Assembly: GCA_027020665.1 (NCBI GenBank)
Contig: JALUVJ010000093.1
Coordinates: 5,795-69,794, forward strand
Direction: 5' to 3'
From: Nitrospira sp.
GTDB lineage: Bacteria; Nitrospirota; Nitrospiria; SBBL01; JAADHI01
DNA: 64,000 nt
The notes under the pieces are model-generated. The model saw only the letters and a list, made by a program, of their open reading frames with translations, made no database searches and was not told the origin of the DNA. Shown one piece after another: positions 25,354-33,871 of this stretch (its first letter is position 1; every line of letters starts with the position of its first letter). The position numbers were made by a program, and so were the translations under genes.

Positions 25354-25851
25354 TCAATTTATTTTCGTTCTTTCCGGCATAAACCGCAGCGCAACTCCAT
25401 TATTGCACCAACGTTTTCCGGTTGGCGCCGGGCCATCATCGAAGACATGGCCCTGATGCCCGCCGCAACGAGCGCAATGATATTCAGTCCGGGGATAAAG
25501 GTGTTTAAAATCGGTTTTTGTTTCAAGATGATCAGGGATTGATTCGAAGAAGCTGGGCCAACCCGTCCCGCTATCGTACTTCGCCTCCGAAGTAAACAAA
25601 TCAAAGCCGCAGCCCGCACAGGAATAAATTCCGGATCGATATTCACTATTCAACGGACTTGAAAATGGACGCTCCGTGCCCTCATCGCGTAAGACATGAT
25701 ATTGTGCCGGAGATAAGATCTGAAGCCATTCCGCGTCGCTCTTCATGATTTTTTGTATGCCTTTTTGATGTGTTTTAGCTAAAAGGTGTGGTGCGGTCAA
25801 CAAGAGTCCGAAAAAAGCACCCGCCTTAATGATAAACGCTCTTCTATGCAT
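25354..25851 (-). CDS. msrB: peptide-methionine (R)-S-oxide reductase MsrB with Tat-type signal peptide
   Basis: It carries two CxxC pairs (CAGCG, CARCGG), GTGWPSF and HQGHVFDDGP. The N-terminus MHRRAFIIKAGAFFGLLLTAPHLLA matches the twin-arginine pattern RRxF[LI]K. Confidence 0.9.
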   Translation of the reverse strand: MHRRAFIIKAGAFFGLLLTAPHLLAKTHQKGIQKIMKSDAEWLQILSPAQYHVLRDEGTERPFSSPLNSEYRSGIYSCAGCGFDLFTSEAKYDSGTGWPSFFESIPDHLETKTDFKHLYPRTEYHCARCGGHQGHVFDDGPAPTGKRWCNNGVALRFMPERTKIN

Positions 25852-25854
25852 GAT

Positions 25855-26481
25855 TTATTCTCCCGCCGAGGGCTCGAAGTTTCCCCAGAGGGCTTCTAAA
25901 CGTTGATCCCGTCCACAACTAAATCGGTATAATTTATAGCGTACGGGATTTTTGCGGTGAAAATTCTGGTGATAGTCTTCTGCGGGGTAAAAATGTGAGG
26001 CGGCCGTAATTTCGGTGACGATGCTTTCCTGAAAAGGTTTTGTTTTTTCCAAGGACTTTTTTGAAGCCAAGGCAAGTCTTTTTTGTTGTTCGTCGTGATA
26101 AAAAATTGCACTGCGGTATTGATTGCCGCGGTCGCAAAATTGCTGATCTTTCACAGTGGGATCAATACTCACCCAGAAGATATTCAGCAATGCGGCATAA
26201 CTGATTTTTATAGGATCGAAAACAACTTGTACCACCTCGGTATGCCCTGTTACACCTGCGGAAACCTCTTGATAAGTCGGATTTCTTTTATGTCCCCCCA
26301 TGTAACCTGAAGTGGTTGAAATAACACCGGGCACTTCATCAAAATCATGTTCCGTGCACCAAAAACAGCCGCCCCCGAAAGTTGCTGTCTCAAAGTTTTC
26401 CGCCCTGCTTGATATTGCCCCGAAAATCAACAAAAAGGCAGCAAAAAAAACAGCACGGCCCATTTTTATGGTTCGCTTCAT
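25855..26481 (-). CDS. msrA: peptide-methionine (S)-S-oxide reductase MsrA with Sec-type signal peptide
   Basis: The active site is GGGCFWC. I moved the start to ATG 26481 (MKRTIKMGRAVFFAAFLLIFGAISSRA) because GGGAG lies 6 nt upstream; the ORF track extends to 26508. The stop is 3 nt before the msrB ATG. Confidence 0.9.
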   Translation of the reverse strand: MKRTIKMGRAVFFAAFLLIFGAISSRAENFETATFGGGCFWCTEHDFDEVPGVISTTSGYMGGHKRNPTYQEVSAGVTGHTEVVQVVFDPIKISYAALLNIFWVSIDPTVKDQQFCDRGNQYRSAIFYHDEQQKRLALASKKSLEKTKPFQESIVTEITAASHFYPAEDYHQNFHRKNPVRYKLYRFSCGRDQRLEALWGNFEPSAGE

Positions 26482-26812
26482 TTTATCTCCCTCGCACCAA
26501 GGAAACACCGACCGGATCAGCGTTTCCTAAATAATGACAGCATGACAGAAATGCTTCAAGCACGTATCACGAAAAGACCACAATTCAGGAAGCGCTGATT
26601 TAAGTCCGGGTTGAATTTTTTAGGAAGAGAAGATGGGGCGATTCAATGCACAAATCTCAATGACGGAAAACTCGACACTCAAAAGAAGTCAAGCACGGAT
26701 ATTCTTAGAATAAAGTAACAATAATGATGTATTGGTAGGGTTAGCTCAATTATTTCTTTTTCACAACAGATGACTTGAGAAATGGTCTTAAGTTTAAAAA
26801 AGGTACGCGCTT

Positions 26813-27079
26813 TTATGTAAGGGGGTAGGCATGTTTAATCGATATGAAGGAAGGAGGCAGTGTTGTGAGTCCAAGATATCTTCCAACACTGGACGAAACA
26901 AGGTTTGACACAAGTTTTGATATTGTATCCGCAGCGCTTTTTTTGAAATCAGCGGCATGGGCGGCGGAAATTTTACCCCCAGGGAAAGAATCAAAATCCG
27001 AGTAACAGGTAAAAGCGGCGGGGGTGAAACGATATTTAATGATACCGTCTTCCTCGGCATTGATACCTTTGCGTTTCAT
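26813..27079 (-). CDS. hypothetical small protein (88 aa), uncertain
   Basis: The ATG has AGGAAG 7 nt upstream. I recognised no family. It lies in an AT-rich, ORF-poor islet and conflicts with plus-strand reading frames over the same DNA. Confidence 0.3.
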   Translation of the reverse strand: MKRKGINAEEDGIIKYRFTPAAFTCYSDFDSFPGGKISAAHAADFKKSAADTISKLVSNLVSSSVGRYLGLTTLPPSFISIKHAYPLT

Positions 27080-27216
27080 TTAACTGCTTCCTGGTTGGAT
27101 TGGGTCGATGATGGAAGGCCAGAACAGTCGCCATTGCTGTGAACAGAAGCGGATTCGACAATGATTTCAGAATAAGACAGGCCAGCCTGCTGCTTGAAGC
27201 ACAAGCTCCTGCGCCT

Positions 27217-27297
27217 GTGCCGGAACCCGCTTCTCTTGTATGATTCGGTTCGGGTCTTGCGCTCGATCGGCTGAATCGATCCGCTGAGGTTTACTGA
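27217..27297 (+). pseudogene. possible PEP-CTERM sorting-signal remnant interrupted by an in-frame TGA
   Basis: The plus frame reads PAPVPEPASLV*FGSGLALDRLNRSAEVY*, compared with the usual VPEPxSLxLLGxGLxGLxxxRRR. The upstream frame is broken (stop at 27109, frame change near 27140). Confidence 0.3.
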
Positions 27298-27341
27298 CAC
27301 GAACACCCTCACGAACCTTTGGGATTGACTTAAAAGAAAGC

Positions 27342-28127
27342 TCAATATGAGGGAGATGAGAGACTGTCTGAATTTCGGTTGTCCTTCATCATCTCTTCGA
27401 TGGGTAAAAAATATTTTTCAAGATCAATTTTAATCGGCATGAAATAAGCATTGCCGCCGTTTGTCAGGCAAAAATTAAGGACCTTTTGTGCGAAGGCGAT
27501 ATTCCATGCATAAGTCGGTTTAAAGTCGCCGGGAAAAATCACCTGATTCATTTTTTCCCAATACGCTCGACTTTTATCCGTCACAATCGGGCTAATACCC
27601 CAATAGGCTTTTTCTTTTGGAATGAGTTCACTGAAAACTTCAAGCAGCCGGATATCAAAAAAAGGCTGCGACATCAGATAATCTGCCCCCACATCCAACT
27701 TCTTCAACGCGTAATCCCGTTCTTTTTTTGCGCTGCTGCGATAGGGGTCAAGTGCCGCAAAAATAGTAATCTTGGGAAAAGCAATCCGTACTTTGGCAAT
27801 CATATCCAATAGCCGGGTATCGTAGATGAGGTGGGACATATCCGGTGGAGGATCTCCTGAAACCAGCAAAACCGTATCCAGTTCAAAATCATGAATCAGT
27901 TGTTCCAGTCGTGTTTTTTTAAGATCAAAATCAATGGCCCGCAAATGCGGAATAAAGCAATATTGATCACGCGGGACGTATTCTCCGGAAGCCCAACTTC
28001 GAATCGGAAGGCGCAGCAGATCAGGCACATTGATGGTATCCACAAAAGGGAGGTGCTGTTTAACAAAATCGAGCTGCGTTTTTAGGGATTGCGCGTCTCG
28101 GGGCACGACTTCAAATGAGATATGCAT
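27342..28127 (-). CDS. methylenetetrahydrofolate reductase (MetF)-family protein, short form
   Basis: The N-terminal ISFEVVPRDAQS parallels the MetF VSFEFFPPRT, and LLVSGDPP parallels ALRGDLP. It is 261 aa and visibly AT-richer than its surroundings. Confidence 0.6.
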   Translation of the reverse strand: MHISFEVVPRDAQSLKTQLDFVKQHLPFVDTINVPDLLRLPIRSWASGEYVPRDQYCFIPHLRAIDFDLKKTRLEQLIHDFELDTVLLVSGDPPPDMSHLIYDTRLLDMIAKVRIAFPKITIFAALDPYRSSAKKERDYALKKLDVGADYLMSQPFFDIRLLEVFSELIPKEKAYWGISPIVTDKSRAYWEKMNQVIFPGDFKPTYAWNIAFAQKVLNFCLTNGGNAYFMPIKIDLEKYFLPIEEMMKDNRNSDSLSSPSY

Positions 28128-28431
28128 AGGGGATTCGATCCTTTTTTAAAGGTTTGGCTTGGTATTATTTTTCTATTCTAACCGCAGCAGTGTTTTTTTG
28201 AAAGCCTCAAGGAAGCTCTGAATCGGTCTTGAGGTCGAGGGTATTTACATGAGATATGCCGCTTAAGAATATTGTTGGCAGGTTGAGCATGTGGAGGCTA
28301 AGGGGCGTTCTCAATAATCCATTCCAATGCAGCACGGAGTCTGAACAATAGGGAAGATGTGCTGTGGGTGCACGCCCATGGTGACATTGGAAGATGGAAA
28401 AGAAATCTGGAAGGAAAAATTTGTGAATTGA

Positions 28432-28482
28432 ATTTGACCTGACAGACCCTTCTTCAAAACCGGTACCTGTCAGGTCAAATTG
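28432..28482. repeat. 15-bp perfect inverted repeat with 21-nt spacer
   Basis: AATTTGACCTGACAG (28432-28446) pairs with CTGTCAGGTCAAATT (28468-28482). It lies 98 nt downstream of the LuxR-family stop and inside the 450-nt ORF-free region upstream of the MTHFR-like gene. Confidence 0.85.
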
Positions 28483-28579
28483 AAACGACTACAAAAGAAT
28501 CGCCCTTTTCAAAAGCAAGCGCTTCCTTAAAAAACAGATCCCTGTGTGTTTCTTGAACATACCTCTTTTTTGTTCCAAA

Positions 28580-29275
28580 TCACCGAAAGGTCGCTTTATT
28601 TTCTTCCAGTTTTCCAACAATGCCGGTACGCGTATGCACATTGACTTTTTTCATAATGCGTTTCACATGGTCTTTTACGGTGTGTACGCCGATCTTCAAG
28701 ACGCAGGCAATTTCTTTATTGGTAAAACCTTTTTTCACGTAACGCAGCACCGCGTGTTCGCGGGGTGTAAAACCGGGCAAGCATTGTGTTTCGTTTTTCC
28801 GGACATTGCGTTTGACTTTTTCGATGAAGATCATGACGAAAGCTTGCGACTGCATCGTGCCCTTGAGGCGCAATCCCCGAAGCAAAACCGCTTGCTCCCG
28901 AAAAGCAAAGAGGGCTGTCGGCTGTCCGATGCCCTCTTTATTGCCGCTGCCTTCCGTTTGAAGTAAGACAGCCCTGCGCAAATGCTGAAGCGTTTGCCGG
29001 AGTTGAAGCCTTGCTTCTCGTTCTTCGGGGCTTTGCAAAGCGGTTTCGAGTAATCTCAAAATGGATGAACTCCCGTGGCTGATCCATAAAATTTCACCCT
29101 GATGACTGATGATCAAAACATCCGGCGCATTTCGGCGTTTAATCAAATCAGCGTACTCCGCTTGCCGGATGCCGGCAAGTATATTTCCGTTTCCCGATGT
29201 TCCGGCATCACATTCACCTAAGTAAAATCCGGATGCCGGCCTATGGCCGATTTGTTCTAAAATAGCAGGTTGCAT
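28580..29275 (-). CDS. LuxR/GerE-family transcriptional regulator
   Basis: The C-terminal HTH is FTPREHAVLRYVKKGFTNKEIACVLKIGVHTVKDHVKRIMKKVNVHTRTGIV. I chose the start at ATG 29275 (MQPAILEQ) because GGAG lies 6 nt upstream; the ORF track extends to 29332. Confidence 0.85.
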   Translation of the reverse strand: MQPAILEQIGHRPASGFYLGECDAGTSGNGNILAGIRQAEYADLIKRRNAPDVLIISHQGEILWISHGSSSILRLLETALQSPEEREARLQLRQTLQHLRRAVLLQTEGSGNKEGIGQPTALFAFREQAVLLRGLRLKGTMQSQAFVMIFIEKVKRNVRKNETQCLPGFTPREHAVLRYVKKGFTNKEIACVLKIGVHTVKDHVKRIMKKVNVHTRTGIVGKLEENKATFR

Positions 29276-29304
29276 GCTTTGCTCCTGAGTATTGATTGTA
29301 TAAT

Positions 29305-29772
29305 TTAGAGCTGGATTTGATACACATTGCATCCGTGTTTTAGTGTACCCAATGCCTCTTGCATCATCCTCAACTCCTTTGTTAAACGCTGTCTTTGATC
29401 TGATTCGGTCTGGTCAAGAATTTCATCAATGAGTTTCAACAGACCGCGTACCCATTGCGGGTTCAGCTGTAAATTAAATGCGAGCATTTCCAATTCCCGG
29501 CGCATTTCATCTAAATGCGCGCCTGCGTCTTTTTTGGAGAGTTCGATATTGTATAAACGTCTATAAAGCTGGCGCCGGTACACTTTCGGGCAACGTTGCC
29601 AGGTCTCAATTTTTTTCAGAAGATGCTGTTTTTGTTCTTGTAAGTTCCGAAGTAAGTCGGGTTTATGTGTGACTTTTTTGCTGGATTTAGCCGCCTGTTT
29701 TCCTAATAAACTGGATAAATCTTGAAATTTGTATTCAATACCGTTTTTAAAACGGACTTCACTTCCTGTCAT
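29305..29772 (-). CDS. hypothetical protein (basic, helical), upstream partner of the LuxR-family gene
   Basis: I recognised no family. The track ORF begins with TTG at 29874. I prefer ATG 29772 (MTGSEVRF), which is preceded by GGGGGAAGG. Confidence 0.5.
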   Translation of the reverse strand: MTGSEVRFKNGIEYKFQDLSSLLGKQAAKSSKKVTHKPDLLRNLQEQKQHLLKKIETWQRCPKVYRRQLYRRLYNIELSKKDAGAHLDEMRRELEMLAFNLQLNPQWVRGLLKLIDEILDQTESDQRQRLTKELRMMQEALGTLKHGCNVYQIQL

Positions 29773-29929
29773 GCCTTCCCCCTTTTTCGGTGAATGGCTC
29801 TCCACCATCGCGTGTTGATTTTTCGCTACGGTGCGAGAGAAAAGCAATTCGTGTGCCTCATTGAGAGAAGGCAACGCTTAGATAAAATACAAAATTAATT
29901 AATTTTTTATGTAGGATTTTTTGTGTTGA

Positions 29930-29975
29930 TTCCGGATTCCGGAAGGAGTTTTGGAGGCCGTTCCGGATTCCGGAA
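29930..29975. promoter_or_regulatory. two exact copies of TTCCGGATTCCGGAA, 31 nt apart (operator-like)
   Basis: Copies are at 29930-29944 and 29961-29975. Each is a tandem of the palindrome TCCGGA. They sit in the divergent region between the hypothetical/LuxR pair and smc. Confidence 0.6.
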
Positions 29976-30209
29976 TAAGCTAATGAGGGGGCATCTTTAT
30001 CTTGTGATACACTTTAAGCAAGCGCGTGCTTGTCGCGATGTCGTTTTTAGGACTTCAATGAATTCCGAAAACGTGTTCTGTGTGCAAAGTCTTTCTTTAC
30101 AAGCCTTAGAGCTTATGTTATTTAAGGAAGCTCTGATTAAGCCTTCCATCTTTGTTTTTTTCAAGATGACATCTGTTATCATATTGATCACATTATTCCG
30201 AGATGATCC

Positions 30210-33200
30210 ATGCGACTCAAGCGGTTAGAAGTTTTTGGTTTTAAATCTTTTTTTGACAAAACGGTGATTACTTTTCAAAAAGGCATTACCGGCATTGTCG
30301 GTCCAAACGGCTGCGGTAAAAGCAACTTTGCCGATGCGATTCTCTGGGTTTTGGGGGAACAGAGCCCCAAAAGTTTGCGGGGCGAACGGATGGAGGATAT
30401 CATTTTTAGCGGAACGGATCAGCGAAAAGCCCTTTCCGTTGCCGAAGTGACTTTGACAATTGGAGACATTACCAACGAACTCCCGCCGCCGTATACACCC
30501 TATGCGGAATTGACCTTCAGCCGAAGGCTGTATCGTTCCGGGGAAAGTGAATATCTCATTAATAAAAACCCCTGTCGCTTGAAAGACATCCGGGATTTGC
30601 TCATCGACATCGGTGCCGGTTACCACGCGCATACGATCATTGAGCAGGGCAAGGTGGACGACATCATTACGGCATCACCCATGCAGCGCCGGGAAATTGT
30701 TGAAGAAGCGGCGGGCATTGCAAAATATCGGCTGCGCAAGGCCGAAGCCTTGCGCAAGCTTGACGCAACGGAACGAAACCTGACCCGTGTCACCGATATC
30801 ATCGGCGAAATCAAACGACAGCGCAACGCCCTGGATCGTCAAGCCAAAAAGGCTGAAAAAGTACAAGAAATGAGCGCGATACTTAAAACCCTCGACTTGC
30901 AGGTGGCGCATCACGAATGGACGACATGGAAAAATGAGCAGGCGGAGCTTGAAAGGGAAGAAGCCGAACTTCAAGCGCAATCGGATAACCGTTCAAGTCA
31001 ACTGAACCGCCTGGAAACCGATTATGCCGGCAACAAGCTCCAAATGACGGAAAAAGAACAGGGGCTTTCTGAACTAGGCCGTGAATTGGCTGAGGTCGAA
31101 AAAAATATTCAGCGATGGGAAGGCAAGCTTGAAACCCTGCATGTGCAGCAACAGGAGTGGCGTGAGGCCCGGGCTCGGACGGATCAGGACATTTTGAGTT
31201 TAAAAACCGCTTTAGCCGCGCTCGAAAAAGAAGGGTGCATCTTGGACGAAGAGGCGGCGGGGATCGCAAAAACCCTGCCCGAAGCGGAAACGGCCCTGGC
31301 CGAACACGATAAACTCACCCGTCAAGTCGAGGAAGCCGTACTGGATCTCAGTACCGATCTGGAGCGGTGCAAAGTCAGTCTTTTTGATCTCTCCGCGCAG
31401 ATCACGACTTCGAAAAACAACCTCGTTCATTTTGAAACACGAAAAGACGGTTTACTGAAGCAGCAAGAACGACTGCGTCTTGAGCAGGAAACGATTGAGG
31501 AAAAATTGGAACAATCAGAGCGTGCCTTGCAGGGCTTTAAAACAGCGGAGCAGAAAAACGCCGAGCAGCTTGCCTTGTTAAAGACGGCGCGCCGCGACAC
31601 CGTTTCGCATTTGGAAAAAACGGAAGAAGCGATTCAAAATAAAGAAGAGCAGCTGCAATCCCTCAAAGAAGCGTCAGTGGATGTTAAAGCCCGTGTGGCC
31701 TCACATGAGGGTTTTTATCGGGGTTTTCTTAATAAACGGGAAGGCACGGAAAACCCGCTCTTGCAGCTTGAGGGACTTAAAGGCATGGTCGCGGATCTCA
31801 TCGAGGTGCCGCCTGCTTATGAACTGGCGCTGGAGGCGGTACTTGAAACCAAACTCCGGGGCATTGTTGTTGAAAACCATGCGGAAATTCAAAAAGGCAT
31901 CCGGTATCTGCGCGAGGCAGAGTTGGGACGCGGCACCTTCTTCCCGCGCCGTCCGCGTGCCGCAAAAAATAAGAACATACGTTCTCTTGCAACGGAGGCC
32001 TTTGAAGGCATGATCGGCCTTGCGCGTGACCTTGTTTCGGTGCGACCCGGTGACGATGCCGTTGCCGATGCCCTGTTGGGCGGCATCGTGATCATGAAAG
32101 ACCTTGAAGCCCTATTCAAAGCCTGGGAAGGTATGCCGGAAGTAGCCCTGTGGGTAACGCTTAAGGGCGAAGTCGTAGACGGTTTTGGGGTCGTCTCCGG
32201 AGGAGAACAGGGGAAAAAAGGCTTGTTGGGGCAAAAACGTGAGCTGCAGCATCTGAGTGATCAAGCCGAAAAACTTCAAAATGAAGCGGACGCGTGTCAG
32301 GTAGACATTGTCCGACTTCAAGAAAGTGTGGAAAGCGCCCGTCAGAAAATCGCGCACATATCCGAGGAAATACGCGCCTTAGATCTTGAACAACTTAAGG
32401 TCCAAAATGAGCAAAAGACCCTGACATACGAAGTCGAGCGGCTTAAGGGGGAACGTGAAACCGTCCTTTTTGAGCAGGAAGAAGGGCTAAACGAACAAGA
32501 AACCCTGATTGCCTCCGAAGAAGCCGAGCATCGTCGTATTGCCGAAGCGCACGCGGAGCAAGCAAAAAAAGAAACAGCACTTGAGACCTTGAAGCAGACC
32601 TTGCATGAGAAACGCGAGCAACTGGCCGCGCTCAGCGAAACCGTTGTTCAGCTTAGAATGAAGAGCAATTCATTGAAGGAACAACAACGACATCTGTTTG
32701 AAAAACAAGCCCGGCTTCTTCGTGAAAAAGAGACCCTTGCCGGTCGAATCAACGAAAAACATGCGCTCGAAGGGGTCTTACAGGAAAAATTATCGGCGGG
32801 AAAAATCGAGGAGGCCGAAGCCGAAACGGCGATCTCGGCCCTGTCTGAGGAACGGCTCACATGTGAAAAAGCCCTTCGGGACGCCCGAGAATCACACGCC
32901 GCCCTGCTTTCGCACATGCAAGAGGAAGAGCAACAGATGGCAAGCCTGCGCTCAAAATTCAATCAAATCCACGAAATGCTGCAAGAGAAGGCCCTCAAGA
33001 AGGTGACCGTGAGCATGCAGTGCCAAAAAGTCGAAGAATCCGTTTTATCGCGGTATCAGATCGAAATCGCCGATGTGGAGGATGCCGATTCGGAAATGCC
33101 GATTGAGGCCGCACGAGAAGAAGCCGGTCGGCTCCGTGAAAAAATAGAGGGCATGGGCCCGGTCAATCTGGCGGCCATCGAAGAATACAAGGAACTGGAT

Positions 33201-33788
33201 GCCCGCTTCCGGTTTTTGAGTACGCAGGAAGAAGATCTGACCCGGTCGATCGAAAGCCTGCGTGAAGCGATTTCCAAGATTAATAAAACAACGCGGGGCC
33301 TCTTCGTGGACACCTTTCATACCTTGAATCAAAAATTTTCCGAGATGTTTTCTTCCTTTTTCGGCGGCGGCACTGCGGAACTGGTCTTGCTGGATGAAGC
33401 CCATCCCCTGGAGTCGGGCATCGAAATGATGGCCCAGCCCCCCGGAAAAGGCAGACGCAGTTTGCTGCTGCTTTCCGGAGGAGAAAAGGCATTGACCGCG
33501 ATTTCACTGCTTTTTGCGACCTTCCTCATTCATCCCACGCCCTTTTGTCTTTTGGATGAAATCGACGCCCCGCTGGATGAAGAAAACACCCGCCGCTTTT
33601 CACAGGCCCTCATCAAAATGTCCGGTCAAACCCAGTTTATCATTGTCACGCACAATCGTTTTACGATGGAAATCGCCGATGTGTTGTACGGCGTTACGAT
33701 GGAGGAAACCGGGATTTCCAAACTCGTTTCAGTCAACCTGAGCACGCCAAGCGACGAAAACGAAACCGCCTCGACCGTAGCAGGTTGA
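30210..33788 (+). CDS. smc: chromosome segregation protein SMC
   Basis: It has the Walker A GPNGCGKSN, long coiled coils, a hinge, the signature LSGGEKALTA and Walker B FCLLDEIDAPLD. Confidence 0.95.
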   Translation: MRLKRLEVFGFKSFFDKTVITFQKGITGIVGPNGCGKSNFADAILWVLGEQSPKSLRGERMEDIIFSGTDQRKALSVAEVTLTIGDITNELPPPYTPYAELTFSRRLYRSGESEYLINKNPCRLKDIRDLLIDIGAGYHAHTIIEQGKVDDIITASPMQRREIVEEAAGIAKYRLRKAEALRKLDATERNLTRVTDIIGEIKRQRNALDRQAKKAEKVQEMSAILKTLDLQVAHHEWTTWKNEQAELEREEAELQAQSDNRSSQLNRLETDYAGNKLQMTEKEQGLSELGRELAEVEKNIQRWEGKLETLHVQQQEWREARARTDQDILSLKTALAALEKEGCILDEEAAGIAKTLPEAETALAEHDKLTRQVEEAVLDLSTDLERCKVSLFDLSAQITTSKNNLVHFETRKDGLLKQQERLRLEQETIEEKLEQSERALQGFKTAEQKNAEQLALLKTARRDTVSHLEKTEEAIQNKEEQLQSLKEASVDVKARVASHEGFYRGFLNKREGTENPLLQLEGLKGMVADLIEVPPAYELALEAVLETKLRGIVVENHAEIQKGIRYLREAELGRGTFFPRRPRAAKNKNIRSLATEAFEGMIGLARDLVSVRPGDDAVADALLGGIVIMKDLEALFKAWEGMPEVALWVTLKGEVVDGFGVVSGGEQGKKGLLGQKRELQHLSDQAEKLQNEADACQVDIVRLQESVESARQKIAHISEEIRALDLEQLKVQNEQKTLTYEVERLKGERETVLFEQEEGLNEQETLIASEEAEHRRIAEAHAEQAKKETALETLKQTLHEKREQLAALSETVVQLRMKSNSLKEQQRHLFEKQARLLREKETLAGRINEKHALEGVLQEKLSAGKIEEAEAETAISALSEERLTCEKALRDARESHAALLSHMQEEEQQMASLRSKFNQIHEMLQEKALKKVTVSMQCQKVEESVLSRYQIEIADVEDADSEMPIEAAREEAGRLREKIEGMGPVNLAAIEEYKELDARFRFLSTQEEDLTRSIESLREAISKINKTTRGLFVDTFHTLNQKFSEMFSSFFGGGTAELVLLDEAHPLESGIEMMAQPPGKGRRSLLLLSGGEKALTAISLLFATFLIHPTPFCLLDEIDAPLDEENTRRFSQALIKMSGQTQFIIVTHNRFTMEIADVLYGVTMEETGISKLVSVNLSTPSDENETASTVAG

Positions 33789-33871
33789 TCTTATTCAAAC
33801 CTCACAACGTTGAGCCGGGCGGTGTTTTTCGGTTTTTTTGTCTGTAGAAGGAGGACAGAAGCAGAGCTTTC

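Noticed and set aside
27241-27243. The idea that the in-frame TGA in the PEP-CTERM-like frame reflects TGA recoding (Trp, Gly or Sec).
   Set aside because: - TGA clearly terminates well-conserved genes in this window (the fetB-like gene at 1184-1186, argF at 48554-48556, lon at 34882-34884).
- I saw no SECIS-like context.
- A decayed gene is the simpler explanation.
27076-27345. An 89-aa minus-strand ORF chained by 4-nt overlaps between the MTHFR-like gene and the 26813-27079 ORF.
   Set aside because: - It needs a TTG start and has no internal Met.
- Its composition is highly basic and Ser/Arg-rich.
- I recognised no motif.
- I kept it only as a caveat in the PEP-CTERM finding.
33789-33871. 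A possible bidirectional terminator between the convergent smc and thiL genes.
   Set aside because: Only a 3-bp stem (CCG...CGG) precedes the T-run, which is too weak to call.
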